Origin: an uncultured Chloroflexia bacterium
Lineage (GTDB): Bacteria > Chloroflexota > UBA6077 > JACCZL01
Length of the DNA stretch: 64,000 nt
Direction of reading: 5' to 3'
Assembly (NCBI GenBank): GCA_963765765.1
Contig: CAVXYC010000032.1
Coordinates: 32,001-96,000 of the forward strand
How positions within the stretch are numbered: the first letter of the stretch is position 1; the number at the start of each line of letters is the position of its first letter. This document shows, piece by piece, positions 12,722 to 22,289 of the stretch. The notes under the pieces are model-generated. The model had not been told where the DNA came from, searched no databases, and saw nothing but the letters and a program-made list of their open reading frames with translations. The position numbers were made by a program, and so were the translations under genes.

Positions 12722-14659
12722 CTACTTACTCCCTCCCACTGCCGGTGAGGGCGCCGTGGCAGGTCGTCCGCCGGAGCTGGAGTCCCGGATGGTGGCTCGT
12801 CCATCTCGCCTACGGGCATGCGTAGGGCGTCGACCATATCCTGGATGTGCTTCGGCGGCGGCTCCGTGGCCAGGCTGACGACGATCTGACACACGAAGTT
12901 CACGATCATCCCGAAGATCCCCGCCGAGAGGTGGGTGAGCCCGAGCACGTGAAGTACGGGTTCGTGTAGTTAGCGCCATGTAGATGATGCAGGCGATCAT
13001 GCCGGCGATCATGCCGGCGATGGCGCCATTGGCGTTGGCGCGCCTCCAGAAGATGCCGAGCAAGATCACCGGGAAGAACGACGACGCGGCCATCGAGAAC
13101 GCCCAGGCGACCATCTGGGCGATCAGCGCCAGCCGTGGGATGGCCGCCAGCGCCGCCAGCAGCGCCGCCACCAGGATCATCACGCGGCTGATCATGAACC
13201 GGCGTGCCGTACGACGCGTTCGGGTTGATCAGCTTGGCGTAGATGTCGTGGGAGACGGCCGTCGCGATCACCATCAGCAGGCCGTCGGCCGTCGAGAGCG
13301 CCGCGGCCAGGCCGCCCGCCGCGACCAGCGCCGAGACCGTGTACGGCAAGCCCGCGATCTCGGGCGTCGACAGCACGATCAGGTCCGGCGACGATGCTCA
13401 GCTCGGCAAACTGCAGGATGCCGTCGCTGTTGGCGTCGCGGATGGTCAGCAGGCCAGTTCTGCCCCAGTTGGCGACCCAGTCCGGCAGCGCGGCGATCGG
13501 CTGGCCGACCAGGTTCTGGAGGATCTCCCAGCGGGCGAACGCCGCATAGGCGGGCGCGGTGAAGTAGAGCAGGTAGATGAAGAAGAGCGACCAGCCGACG
13601 CTCATCCGCGCTGCCTGCGGGTTCGGCACCGTGTAGTAGCGGATCAGGATGTGCGGCAGGCCGACCGTGCCGCCATCAGGCAGAGCGTCAGCGCCATGAA
13701 CTCCCAGGGCGTGCCGACCCAGTCGTCGATTCGCGACCAGCTCGGGCGGCGATCGAGGCCGATCTGACGCAGCGCTATCGATGCCAAGAGGCGTTCGAGA
13801 GCGCGTGCGTGAACGGCTGGACGTACTGGGCGGCAGAGCCCTGGGCTGCTCCAAGCTGAACGATGTTCTGGAGCGCCTGCCCGTACATGATCTCGGAGAT
13901 CGGCACGCCGGTGAAGCGCGTCGAGAGCATCGAGACCGGGATCAGGTAGGCGATGATCAGGATGATGTACTGCGCCACCTGGGTCCAGGTGATCGACTTC
14001 ATCCCGCCCAGGAACGAGCACAGCACCACGCCGGCCAGGCCGAGGAAGCACGCCCAGGACGTAGTCGACACCGAAGAACCGGCTCATGATCAGGCCGACG
14101 CCGACCACCTGGGCGGTGACGTAGGTGAACGAGGCGAGGATGGCGCAGATCGCCGCGACAACACGCGAGGCTTCGGCCGTTCGGCGAACCGCGCGGCCAC
14201 GAAGTCCGGGATCGTGAACTGGCCGAACTTCCGGATGTACGGCGCGAAGAAGAGCGCCAGGATGACGTAGCCGCCGGTCCAGCCCATGATGTAGGCCAGG
14301 CCGTCGTAGCCGAGCAGCCAGATCGTGCCGGCCATCGAGATGAACGAAGCGGCGCTCATCCAGTCGGCGCCCGTGGCCATGCCGTTGAAGAAGGCGGGCA
14401 CCTTGCGGCCGGCGACGTAGTACTCGTCGAACTTGCGTGTGAAGTTCACGACGCCGATGACGCCGTACAGCGCAAAGCTGAGCAGGATGAAGAACACCGC
14501 GATCAAGCCGCGCGGTAGCCCGGCGTTCAGCTCCAGGAACATGACGACCGCGACAAGAGGAGGACGACAGCGTGAACAGCCCGTAGCCTTTGTAGAGCTT
14601 CGCTTCCAAGGCCTTCATCTCCGCGCGGGAGAGCTTGGTAGCGGCGACTCAGCGGCCAT
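12722..14659 (-). CDS. Sodium:solute symporter, ActP/VC_2705-like (many frameshifts)
   Basis: Fragments NGMATGADWMSAASFISMAG, LGGMKSITWTQVAQY, GLPHILIRYYTVP, AAGGLAAALSTADGLL, VAWAFSMAASSFFP. Confidence 0.9.
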
Positions 14660-14668
14660 GACTCTGCC

Positions 14669-14972
14669 TTACTCCTCCTCGTTGAAGCCGTACTTCGGGA
14701 TCGATCACGCGGTTCATCACCAGCGCGTAGACGAAGATCAGGATGACGAAGACGGTGATCGAGAACTGGCTTGCGAGCCAGTATCCGAGCGGGAAGCCGG
14801 TGAGGATCTGGATATTGTTGAGCGCTTTGGCGAACGGCGGATGCAAGTATCCGCTGACGAACCAGATAACCAAAAGGCCCGCAATAAGCTGCAGGTTGGC
14901 TTTCCAATAGCCACGTAATCGCTCGTTTTGGTCCGAGCTGCTGCCGGAACGATCTGGTGCTTGAGCTGCCAT
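14669..14972 (-). CDS. DUF4212 small membrane protein (symporter partner), 3' frameshift
   Basis: YWKANLQLIAGLLVIWF...GFPLGYWLASQFS directly upstream of the symporter. Confidence 0.88.
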
Positions 14973-15317
14973 AGACTCTACCTCTCGCCTCGATGCGAAT
15001 GATCTCTGTGGCGCGACGCTGCGGGCACACGTGATGCCACAGATCTCAACAATGTTGAGTTGGGATCAGCGCTCCTCCCTTCAGCGGTAGACGTTTGGCG
15101 CTACCGCGATTGCGTGTGGAACCATGCTTGCCCAATCCATAGAAATCTGCAAGTGTTCTGATCTCGTGTTGTTCTAGGGCGGGAATCTAGTGCTGCCAGA
15201 CCTGGGTCGTTGCGTATGCATCCGCCAGCGCCCGATCAGACTCAAGGAGGCGGACTTTACGGGTTCCTGAGCTTGACAGTATGATGCTCACACCGTAAGC
15301 CGATCTCGGAGGCAGCG

Positions 15318-16598
15318 ATGTTACCGGTCCAGGACAATGAGCTCATCACGCGTGTGAGTCCAGGCACCCCCATGGGTGACTTGATGCGACGTTACTGGCA
15401 GCCTATTGCCGCGTCGGCGGAGCTCGACGACAGCCCCTTCCGCACCAAGGAAGTCAAGATCATGGGCGAGGAGCTCGTCCTCTATAAGGACCGGAGCGGC
15501 ACCCTTGGACTCATTGAGCGATATTGCTCGCACCGCCGAGTGAACCTCGCTATCGGTGTGGTCGAAGATGACGGCATCCGTTGTCAGTACCACGGCTGGA
15601 AATTCAACGAGACAGGTAAATGCGTCGAGCAGCCTTTCGAGGACACGATGCATCCCGAGGCGGCATTCCGCTCCAAGTGCAATCTGTCCGGCTATCCGGT
15701 CAAAGAGCTGGCCGGTCTGGTCTGGGCCTACCTCGGTCCAACACCGGCACCTGAGCTACCCAACTGGGGGCCGCTGGTGTGGGGCGAGACGGTGCACGAT
15801 ATCTGCATCACCAATCTCCACTGCAACTGGCTCCAGTGCCAGGAGAATTCGCTGGATCCGGTCCACACCGAGTGGCTCCATGGCTACTTCGCTCGATACT
15901 TCACCGAGATCATGGAAGGCCAGGCGCCGACCTGGACCAATCGCAGCAAGCCCCACCAGAAGGTCGGGTTCGATGTGTTCGACTACGGCATCATCAAACG
16001 ACGTGTCTCGCTGGGTGATGGTCCGGACAACGACGACTGGAATATCGGTCACCCGATTCTTTTCCCGAACATTCTCCTGGTGGGCAGCCAGTATCAGGCC
16101 ACGATGCAGTTCCGTGTGCCCGTGGACGATGAGAACACGCTGCACATCTCGCTGTACACCTGGCGTGCCGCGCCCGGTATGACCGCGCCCGAGCAGCCGA
16201 ATGTGCCGTACCGCCACATCTCACTGCGAGATGACTCCGGTCAGTGGAACCTCAGGAACACCTTCAACCAGGACTACATGGCCTGGGAGACGCAAGGCAC
16301 TATCGCCAAGCGACACCTCGAGAAGCTGGGGGAGTCGGACCGCGGCATCATCCTGTTCCGTCAGCTCTTGAAGGATCAGATCCAGAAGATGCAAAACGGC
16401 GAGCCGCTCATGAACGAGTTCCGCGATCCCGCTCAGAATGTCTGCCTGGAGCCGCCGCTGGAGAAGATCAAGTTCAGCAACCGTGAAGGTCCCAGGAGCT
16501 ACATCCCGGGTGAAGTTGGTTACAGCCGCGACGGGAAGCTCATCGAAGAGGTTTTGAAGACCTGGAGCAGCCCGGCGAAGGAGCTCGTGACCGCTTAG
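15318..16598 (+). CDS. Rieske non-heme iron oxygenase alpha subunit (phthalate 4,5-dioxygenase/LigX-like)
   Basis: CSHR...CQYHGW Rieske motif; ENSLDPVHTEWLH iron site; GGAGG RBS. Confidence 0.92.
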   Translation: MLPVQDNELITRVSPGTPMGDLMRRYWQPIAASAELDDSPFRTKEVKIMGEELVLYKDRSGTLGLIERYCSHRRVNLAIGVVEDDGIRCQYHGWKFNETGKCVEQPFEDTMHPEAAFRSKCNLSGYPVKELAGLVWAYLGPTPAPELPNWGPLVWGETVHDICITNLHCNWLQCQENSLDPVHTEWLHGYFARYFTEIMEGQAPTWTNRSKPHQKVGFDVFDYGIIKRRVSLGDGPDNDDWNIGHPILFPNILLVGSQYQATMQFRVPVDDENTLHISLYTWRAAPGMTAPEQPNVPYRHISLRDDSGQWNLRNTFNQDYMAWETQGTIAKRHLEKLGESDRGIILFRQLLKDQIQKMQNGEPLMNEFRDPAQNVCLEPPLEKIKFSNREGPRSYIPGEVGYSRDGKLIEEVLKTWSSPAKELVTA

Positions 16599-16610
16599 AG
16601 TTGATTCATC

Positions 16611-16822
16611 GCCTCAGATAGCGACGCTACTGAGGGGACCATGGGATTAGAACCGCCCCAAGGGCCTTCCTGCAGGAGATTGAGTTCCTGCGGGAAGGCT
16701 CTTGGGGCGGTTCATTGGAACGAGAGACTGGGACCGCCGACATCCTGTCGGCCCGGCCCCTGAGGGCCGCCTCGCAGGTTTCCGGGACGCGCACAGGGCC
16801 CAGGTCATCTCCCCTGGGCCTG
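16611..16822 (+). ncRNA. Structured intergenic element (candidate ncRNA or 3' UTR)
   Basis: 28-bp stem 16650-16713 with two G-U pairs on the + strand, then a four-way junction 16728-16785 and a hairpin 16796-16821. Confidence 0.4.
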
Positions 16823-16850
16823 AGTCATTGTTGCGTGGTGGCCGTTCTTA

Positions 16851-17270
16851 TCAGTCGCTGTCAGTAGTGATCTCGATGTTCACGGTGGTCGCGACCGCGA
16901 CCGCACGATAGAGCGGTCAAACGGATTGCCAGTGCTGAACGAGCGCCTCGGCTTGCACGGCATTCGGTCCGTCCATGCGGAAGCGCACGTCGATGCGCAG
17001 GAAATCCGCCGTGTTCTGAGCCGAGCGGACGCCGTCGATCTCCACCTCGACGTGCTGCAGGGGCACCTGCCGTTGGCGCGCCGCTCCGTTCACCACATTG
17101 ACACCGCAGGACGAGATGCCGGCCAGAAATGCTTCACCTGAGGTCACAGCCTCGGCCGGACCGCTGGAGGAATCGATGACGAAGTGATTCGCTCGGGCGC
17201 TATTGAGCGTCCGTCCTAACGTGTCTGTGTTGACAGATTGGACAGAGTCGACTTTCAGATCATCGGGCAT
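16851..17270 (-). CDS. OsmC-family protein, probable selenoprotein (UGA at 16917-16919)
   Basis: EAFLAGISSCG first Cys; the frame continues HWQSV-UGA-PLYRAVAVATTVNIEITTDSD, with UGA at the conserved CP position. Confidence 0.8.
16887..16902 (-). promoter_or_regulatory. Bacterial SECIS-like hairpin
   Basis: GGTCGC-GGTC-GCGACC; loop begins with GG, 20 nt after the UGA. Confidence 0.65.
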
Positions 17271-17282
17271 GCGGATCGCCTC

Positions 17283-17732
17283 CTAGGGTGTATGGCGTCG
17301 GTCTTCGTCGCGACGCTCTTCTGTTTCGTCCGGGCGGTGGTAATCGTCCTCCAGACGGTAGGTCGTACCGACCTCAGGCGTGGACGCCTCGAAAATGACG
17401 GCGTCCGCATCCGGGGCGGCGCACAGCCGGTGACGTTGGCCAATGGCCACGGAGTAGCCCACATGCGGCTCCATCACCACGTCATGAAGCTTGCCATCGG
17501 GCCCTTCGAGCACTAGGATGCCTTTTCCATCGATAAGCGTCTGGGTCTCGGTTTTGGCATCGTGCAGCTGCAGGCTCAACCGATGTCCGGCCTTCACGTG
17601 AATCAACTTCGATGTGTACGGAGCGTCCTCCGGTGAGAGCAGCACCTCATGTCCCCATGGCTTCTCCACGCGACGTGCGCCGGGCAGAAGCGAGAACGCG
17701 GTCGGATCATAAGTAGGCGGCTGCTCTGGCAT
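17283..17732 (-). CDS. Cupin-domain protein (mannose-6-phosphate isomerase-like)
   Basis: RVEKPWGHE, RLSLQLHDAKTET, QRHRL, FEASTPE, RLEDDY. Confidence 0.85.
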   Translation of the reverse strand: MPEQPPTYDPTAFSLLPGARRVEKPWGHEVLLSPEDAPYTSKLIHVKAGHRLSLQLHDAKTETQTLIDGKGILVLEGPDGKLHDVVMEPHVGYSVAIGQRHRLCAAPDADAVIFEASTPEVGTTYRLEDDYHRPDETEERRDEDRRHTP

Positions 17733-17830
17733 CGACGTCGAGTTCCTTCATAGAAGCGTGGCATGTGGAAGCTTCTCTATTCCGAGTGTAGCACCCAGTG
17801 CCTGGATGCATAGAGACTCGGTCAGCAGGC

Positions 17831-19084
17831 TTAGCTCTTGATTTCCTCAGGCGGTCGGATCAATCGAAACGTGCGCCAGAGTGCGATGTCATACGCAATT
17901 TTGATCGCTCCACCAACCACGAATGTCAGCCCGATGAATGGGGATTGGAGAGCCAGGCCAGCGAGAGGGGGAGCAATGGACTGCGCGATATTTCGGCCTA
18001 CCGTGGTGAACCCAGCCGCGGCCGTTCGCTCTGACGGATCTACCACCGCCATGAGATACGACTGACGAGTGGGTACGTCCATCTGTGAAAGACCAGACCG
18101 AATGAGCTGCAGCAAGATAGCGATCTCTACGGAAGGAACCATTGCTTGAAGAATGACCAGAGCGTTGGCCGGAATGTGGCTCCAGACCATCGTGTTGATG
18201 AGACCAATGCGAGTGGCCAATCGCTCGGCGATAAGTAGAGACAGCGCCGAAAGCAAGTTCGATGCAGCGAACACCGGGCCAAGAGCGTCCACTCCAAGAC
18301 CGAAGCGCAGCGTGAACCAGTACGCCACGATGCTTTGAACAATGAAGCCACCGCCAAACGAGTCCATCCCAAAGAGCGCTGTTAGGCGGAAGACGATACG
18401 CCGCGACTGATGGATGCCAAGAGCGCTCTTGAGCGCCGGCGGTGAACCGAGCTCCACGGCTGGCGAAAGGCCGAATGCTATGACCAGCGCGGCGAGTGCC
18501 CCAACGGCGTAGACGCCAAATAGCCAGCGATGGGCAAGGAGAGGGTCCATGCCCAGTTGGCCAGTGAGCGCTGCAACGCCACCTGCGAACAGCGCCCCCA
18601 CGGAGCCAGAGGCGATGCCAACGAGGTTGTAGATCGTGAAGACTCGAGTTCGTCGGTTATCTGGCGCCATTTGAGACATGACAGCTTGCTCGAGTGTGAC
18701 AAAGGGGCCGACCTCCTGGATCCCGGCGCTGATGGTTCCGCTCAGGGAGGCGAGCACAAGTAGCCAGAACTGATCGCTCAGCGCATAGGCGGCGCCGGTA
18801 ATCATCATTAAAGCGCTGAAGATCACCAGTACTCGTCGACGGCCAAACCGATCGGCTGTGAGCGCGACCACAATCGTCAAGACACTGGAGCCGAGGAACG
18901 CGGCTCCCAGGAGAATGCCAAGCTCCACGCCGCCTAGACCCAGGTCCGCGACGTGCACGCCAAGGACCACCGAGACGATTCCGTAGCCGAAGCTACGGAA
19001 TGCCCGTGCGGCCAGCACGCGCCGCCCGTCCACGCCTAGCCAGCTGGGGCCTGGGAATCGCGTCGTGGTCGACATCTCACTCAC
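17831..19084 (-). CDS. MFS transporter
   Basis: About 12 TM segments, ADRFGRRRVL, SQMDVPTRQSY. Confidence 0.9.
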   Translation of the reverse strand: MSEMSTTTRFPGPSWLGVDGRRVLAARAFRSFGYGIVSVVLGVHVADLGLGGVELGILLGAAFLGSSVLTIVVALTADRFGRRRVLVIFSALMMITGAAYALSDQFWLLVLASLSGTISAGIQEVGPFVTLEQAVMSQMAPDNRRTRVFTIYNLVGIASGSVGALFAGGVAALTGQLGMDPLLAHRWLFGVYAVGALAALVIAFGLSPAVELGSPPALKSALGIHQSRRIVFRLTALFGMDSFGGGFIVQSIVAYWFTLRFGLGVDALGPVFAASNLLSALSLLIAERLATRIGLINTMVWSHIPANALVILQAMVPSVEIAILLQLIRSGLSQMDVPTRQSYLMAVVDPSERTAAAGFTTVGRNIAQSIAPPLAGLALQSPFIGLTFVVGGAIKIAYDIALWRTFRLIRPPEEIKS

Positions 19085-19190
19085 GGAGCAAGCGTACTGG
19101 AATCGCTCATTCGAAATGACCCGCGGTGGAGCATGGCATACTGACTAAAGCTGGCTCTTGAGCTGGCTTGGGGACGAGGGAGACATCGGG

Positions 19191-19622
19191 ATGCCAGTGC
19201 GTTATCAACGGTTTACCTACCGTTATCTGCAAGGGCGGCCGCGCGGCGCGGATACCGCGTTTGAGCATGTTTGGCTTACGAGTGTGCAGCCATCTCCGGT
19301 TACGGCCGCGCGCCGTCCCCCCGTCGACGTGTGGGAGACGGCCTCCGCGGTGTTCGTCAAGGTGATGCTGCCCGGCGTCCAGGAAGATGAGATCAAGGCG
19401 CTGCTCTATGAAGACGTTCTGCTGATCAGCGCGACTCGGACGGACACCGAAGGTGAGGAGGAGCGTCGATTTTATCGCGCGGAGGTGCACTATGGACCGC
19501 TCGAGGTCACGGTACCGCTGCCGGTTGTGGTTGAAGCAGACGGTGTGGATGCAACTTTCAAGCAGGGAGTCCTGACGATTCGCTTGCCCAAGAGCAGCGC
19601 CGCCCAGGGAGCGCAAGCATGA
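19191..19622 (+). CDS. Hsp20/alpha-crystallin protein
   Basis: PPVDVWET, LPGV, ATFKQGVLTIRLPK; stop overlaps the lon start. Confidence 0.9.
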   Translation: MPVRYQRFTYRYLQGRPRGADTAFEHVWLTSVQPSPVTAARRPPVDVWETASAVFVKVMLPGVQEDEIKALLYEDVLLISATRTDTEGEEERRFYRAEVHYGPLEVTVPLPVVVEADGVDATFKQGVLTIRLPKSSAAQGAQA

Positions 19623-22204
19623 CCATGGAGCAAGAGGCGCAAGCTCAGACTCCAGAGCCAGAGATGGAATTCCCAAAGGAGCTACCGGTATTGCCGCTTC
19701 GCGGCACGGTGATCTTTCCCTTTACCGTGGCACCCTTGACCATCGGTCAAGAGCGCTCCGGCCAGCTCGTGGACGCCGTGATGCGCGGCAACCGACTTCT
19801 CGCGGTCGTCGCTCAGCGCGCGGCCGAAACTGAAAGCCCCGGGCCGGAAGATCTCTACACCTTTGGTACGGCTGGTCGCATCGCCCAGATGGCGCGCAGC
19901 CCAGAAGGCCAGCTCGTCGTGCTGATTCAGGGTGTGCAGCGTGTTCGCATCCCCTCGTACGCATCGACATCACCGTATCTCGTCGGTCAGATCGAGCCCG
20001 CTCCAGACCAACTCCCGGATCTGACCAATGAGCAGGCGGCAATGGAGTTAACGGCGCTGCAGCGAAACGTGGTGCAGCAGTTTCAACGTCTTGCGGCCCT
20101 TGCCAATCTGCCTCAAGAGATGGCCCAAATGGCCAGTCAGCTCGAGGACCCGTTGCAGACGGTGTACCTCCTTGGCTCGGCAACGAGGCTCGAACCGGCA
20201 GTCCGCCAGGAGCTGCTCGAGCTGGAGAGCATCGGCGATAAGCTTCAGCGGCTCTCCACGGCGCTCGGCCGTGAGATCGAGATTCTGGAGATTGGTCAGC
20301 GCCTCCAGAACGAAGCCCAGACGGAGATGAGCAAGGCGCAACGCGAGTACTTCCTGCGCGAGCAGCTCAAGGCAATCCAACGCGAGCTGGGTGAAGATGA
20401 TCCAGCCCAGGCCGAGACCGCGGAGCTGCGGCGTAAGCTGGAGGCCGCTCACCTCCCGGAAATACCGCGGCGTGAAGCCGAGCGTGAGCTGGAGCGCATG
20501 GAGACGATTCCGTCTGTCTCCCCCGAGCGCGGCATGATCCGTACATACCTTGATTGGATGGCCGCGCTGCCCTGGCAAATCAGCACTGGCGGAAGCATCG
20601 ACGTGGAGCGTTCGCGGGCGATTTTAGACGAGGACCATCACGGGCTGGAAAAGGTCAAGGAGCGCATTCTCGAGTATCTGGCCGTCCGGAAGCTCAAGCA
20701 GGAGCGGCGAACCGAGGGCGAGATCACTGAAACCGGTGCAAGCTCCGGATCGATGGAGGCCGTCGCGCCGCTCACCCCCACGGATGAAGCGATGCACGAG
20801 CCGATTCTGTGTCTGGTGGGCCCGCCCGGTGTGGGGAAAACCAGCCTTGGCCAATCTATTGCCCGGGCCATGGGCCGTAAGTTCGTTCGAATCAGTCTGG
20901 GCGGAATTCGAGACGAGGCAGAGATTCGCGGCCATCGCCGTACCTATATTGGGGCCCTACCAGGCAGGATTATTCAGGGCCTTCGTCGAGCCGAGACGAA
21001 CGACCCAGTGTTCATGTTGGATGAGCTCGACAAGCTCACGGTGGGATTCCAAGGTGATCCAGCAGCGGCTCTTCTCGAGGTGCTCGATCCGTCGCAGAAC
21101 AGCACGTTTGAAGATAACTATCTGGCCGTTCCTTTCGACCTGAGCAAGGTGCTCTTCGTCTGTACTGCCAACGTGCTTCAGAACATTCCGGGCCCCCTGT
21201 GGGACCGTTTGGAAGTGCTGGAGATTCCCGGTTACACGGACGAGGAGAAGATCCAGATTGCCGAGCGTTACCTCGTTCAGCGTCAGCGTGGTGCCAATGG
21301 CCTGCGCGAGGACGAGATCACATTCGAGCGAGATGCATTGCGGCGTATCGTGCGCGACTACACGCGCGAGGCCGGCGTGCGCGATCTCGAGAGGCAAATC
21401 GGCACGATCATACGCAAGGTCGCGCGGGATGTGGCCGCCGGCCGTGAAAGTGCCTCCACAAATGGCGCAGCTCGGCCCGTGAAGATCACAACCGAGCGGG
21501 TCGCCGAGCTGCTCGGTCAGCCGCGGTTCACCGATGAGACCGTGGAGCGTGTGGATCGACCCGGTGTGGTCACTGGGATGGCCTGGACACCGGTGGGGGG
21601 CGACATTCTCTTCGTAGAAGCAGCCATGCTTCCGGGTCAGTCGGATCGGTTGATCGTCACCGGGCAGCTCGGCGACGTGATGCGCGAGTCGGTTCAGGCC
21701 GCGCTGACGTATCTTCAGTCCAGCGCCGAAAGCTATGGGCTGGACCCCAAGAGTGTCCAGGGACGAGGCGTCCACGTCCACGTCCCGGCTGGGGCGATCC
21801 CAAAGGATGGTCCATCGGCGGGAGTCACCATGCTCACCGCCCTGGCTTCGGTCATGACCGGCCGTCCGGTTCGACACGATCTGGCCATGACGGGTGAAAT
21901 CACTCTACGCGGCAAGGTGCTGCCGGTCGGTGGCATCAAGGAGAAGGTCATGGCCGCCCACCGCGCCGGCATCAGGACTGTGCTCCTACCGCGCCAGAAC
22001 GTGCGGGACCTTGACGGGGTACCGGAGGAGCTTCGCAATGAGCTCAAAGTCATTCCCATCGACACGGCTGAGCAAGTGCTGAGCGAGGCGCTGGATCTGA
22101 AAAAGGTGGAGAAGGAGAAAGCGAAGTCAGCCAGGTCATCCGCGGCGAGGAACGGATCGGGCTCAACCAGACCGAAGGCCGCGCGATCTCGAGCTCAGCC
22201 CTGA
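19619..22204 (+). CDS. lon: Lon protease
   Basis: LPVLPLR N-domain, GPPGVGKTS, PKDGPSAG catalytic Ser. Confidence 0.97.
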   Translation: MTMEQEAQAQTPEPEMEFPKELPVLPLRGTVIFPFTVAPLTIGQERSGQLVDAVMRGNRLLAVVAQRAAETESPGPEDLYTFGTAGRIAQMARSPEGQLVVLIQGVQRVRIPSYASTSPYLVGQIEPAPDQLPDLTNEQAAMELTALQRNVVQQFQRLAALANLPQEMAQMASQLEDPLQTVYLLGSATRLEPAVRQELLELESIGDKLQRLSTALGREIEILEIGQRLQNEAQTEMSKAQREYFLREQLKAIQRELGEDDPAQAETAELRRKLEAAHLPEIPRREAERELERMETIPSVSPERGMIRTYLDWMAALPWQISTGGSIDVERSRAILDEDHHGLEKVKERILEYLAVRKLKQERRTEGEITETGASSGSMEAVAPLTPTDEAMHEPILCLVGPPGVGKTSLGQSIARAMGRKFVRISLGGIRDEAEIRGHRRTYIGALPGRIIQGLRRAETNDPVFMLDELDKLTVGFQGDPAAALLEVLDPSQNSTFEDNYLAVPFDLSKVLFVCTANVLQNIPGPLWDRLEVLEIPGYTDEEKIQIAERYLVQRQRGANGLREDEITFERDALRRIVRDYTREAGVRDLERQIGTIIRKVARDVAAGRESASTNGAARPVKITTERVAELLGQPRFTDETVERVDRPGVVTGMAWTPVGGDILFVEAAMLPGQSDRLIVTGQLGDVMRESVQAALTYLQSSAESYGLDPKSVQGRGVHVHVPAGAIPKDGPSAGVTMLTALASVMTGRPVRHDLAMTGEITLRGKVLPVGGIKEKVMAAHRAGIRTVLLPRQNVRDLDGVPEELRNELKVIPIDTAEQVLSEALDLKKVEKEKAKSARSSAARNGSGSTRPKAARSRAQP

Positions 22205-22289
22205 TTCGACTTTCCTCCAGACGATCGCAGCAAGATGCCATTCCCGGTGGTTGACGATGCGTTACTGTGACCGCTAGCCTCCCAATACG

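Noticed and set aside
19085-19190. CIRCE/HAIR heat-shock operator before hsp20-lon
   Set aside because: No matching inverted repeat found.
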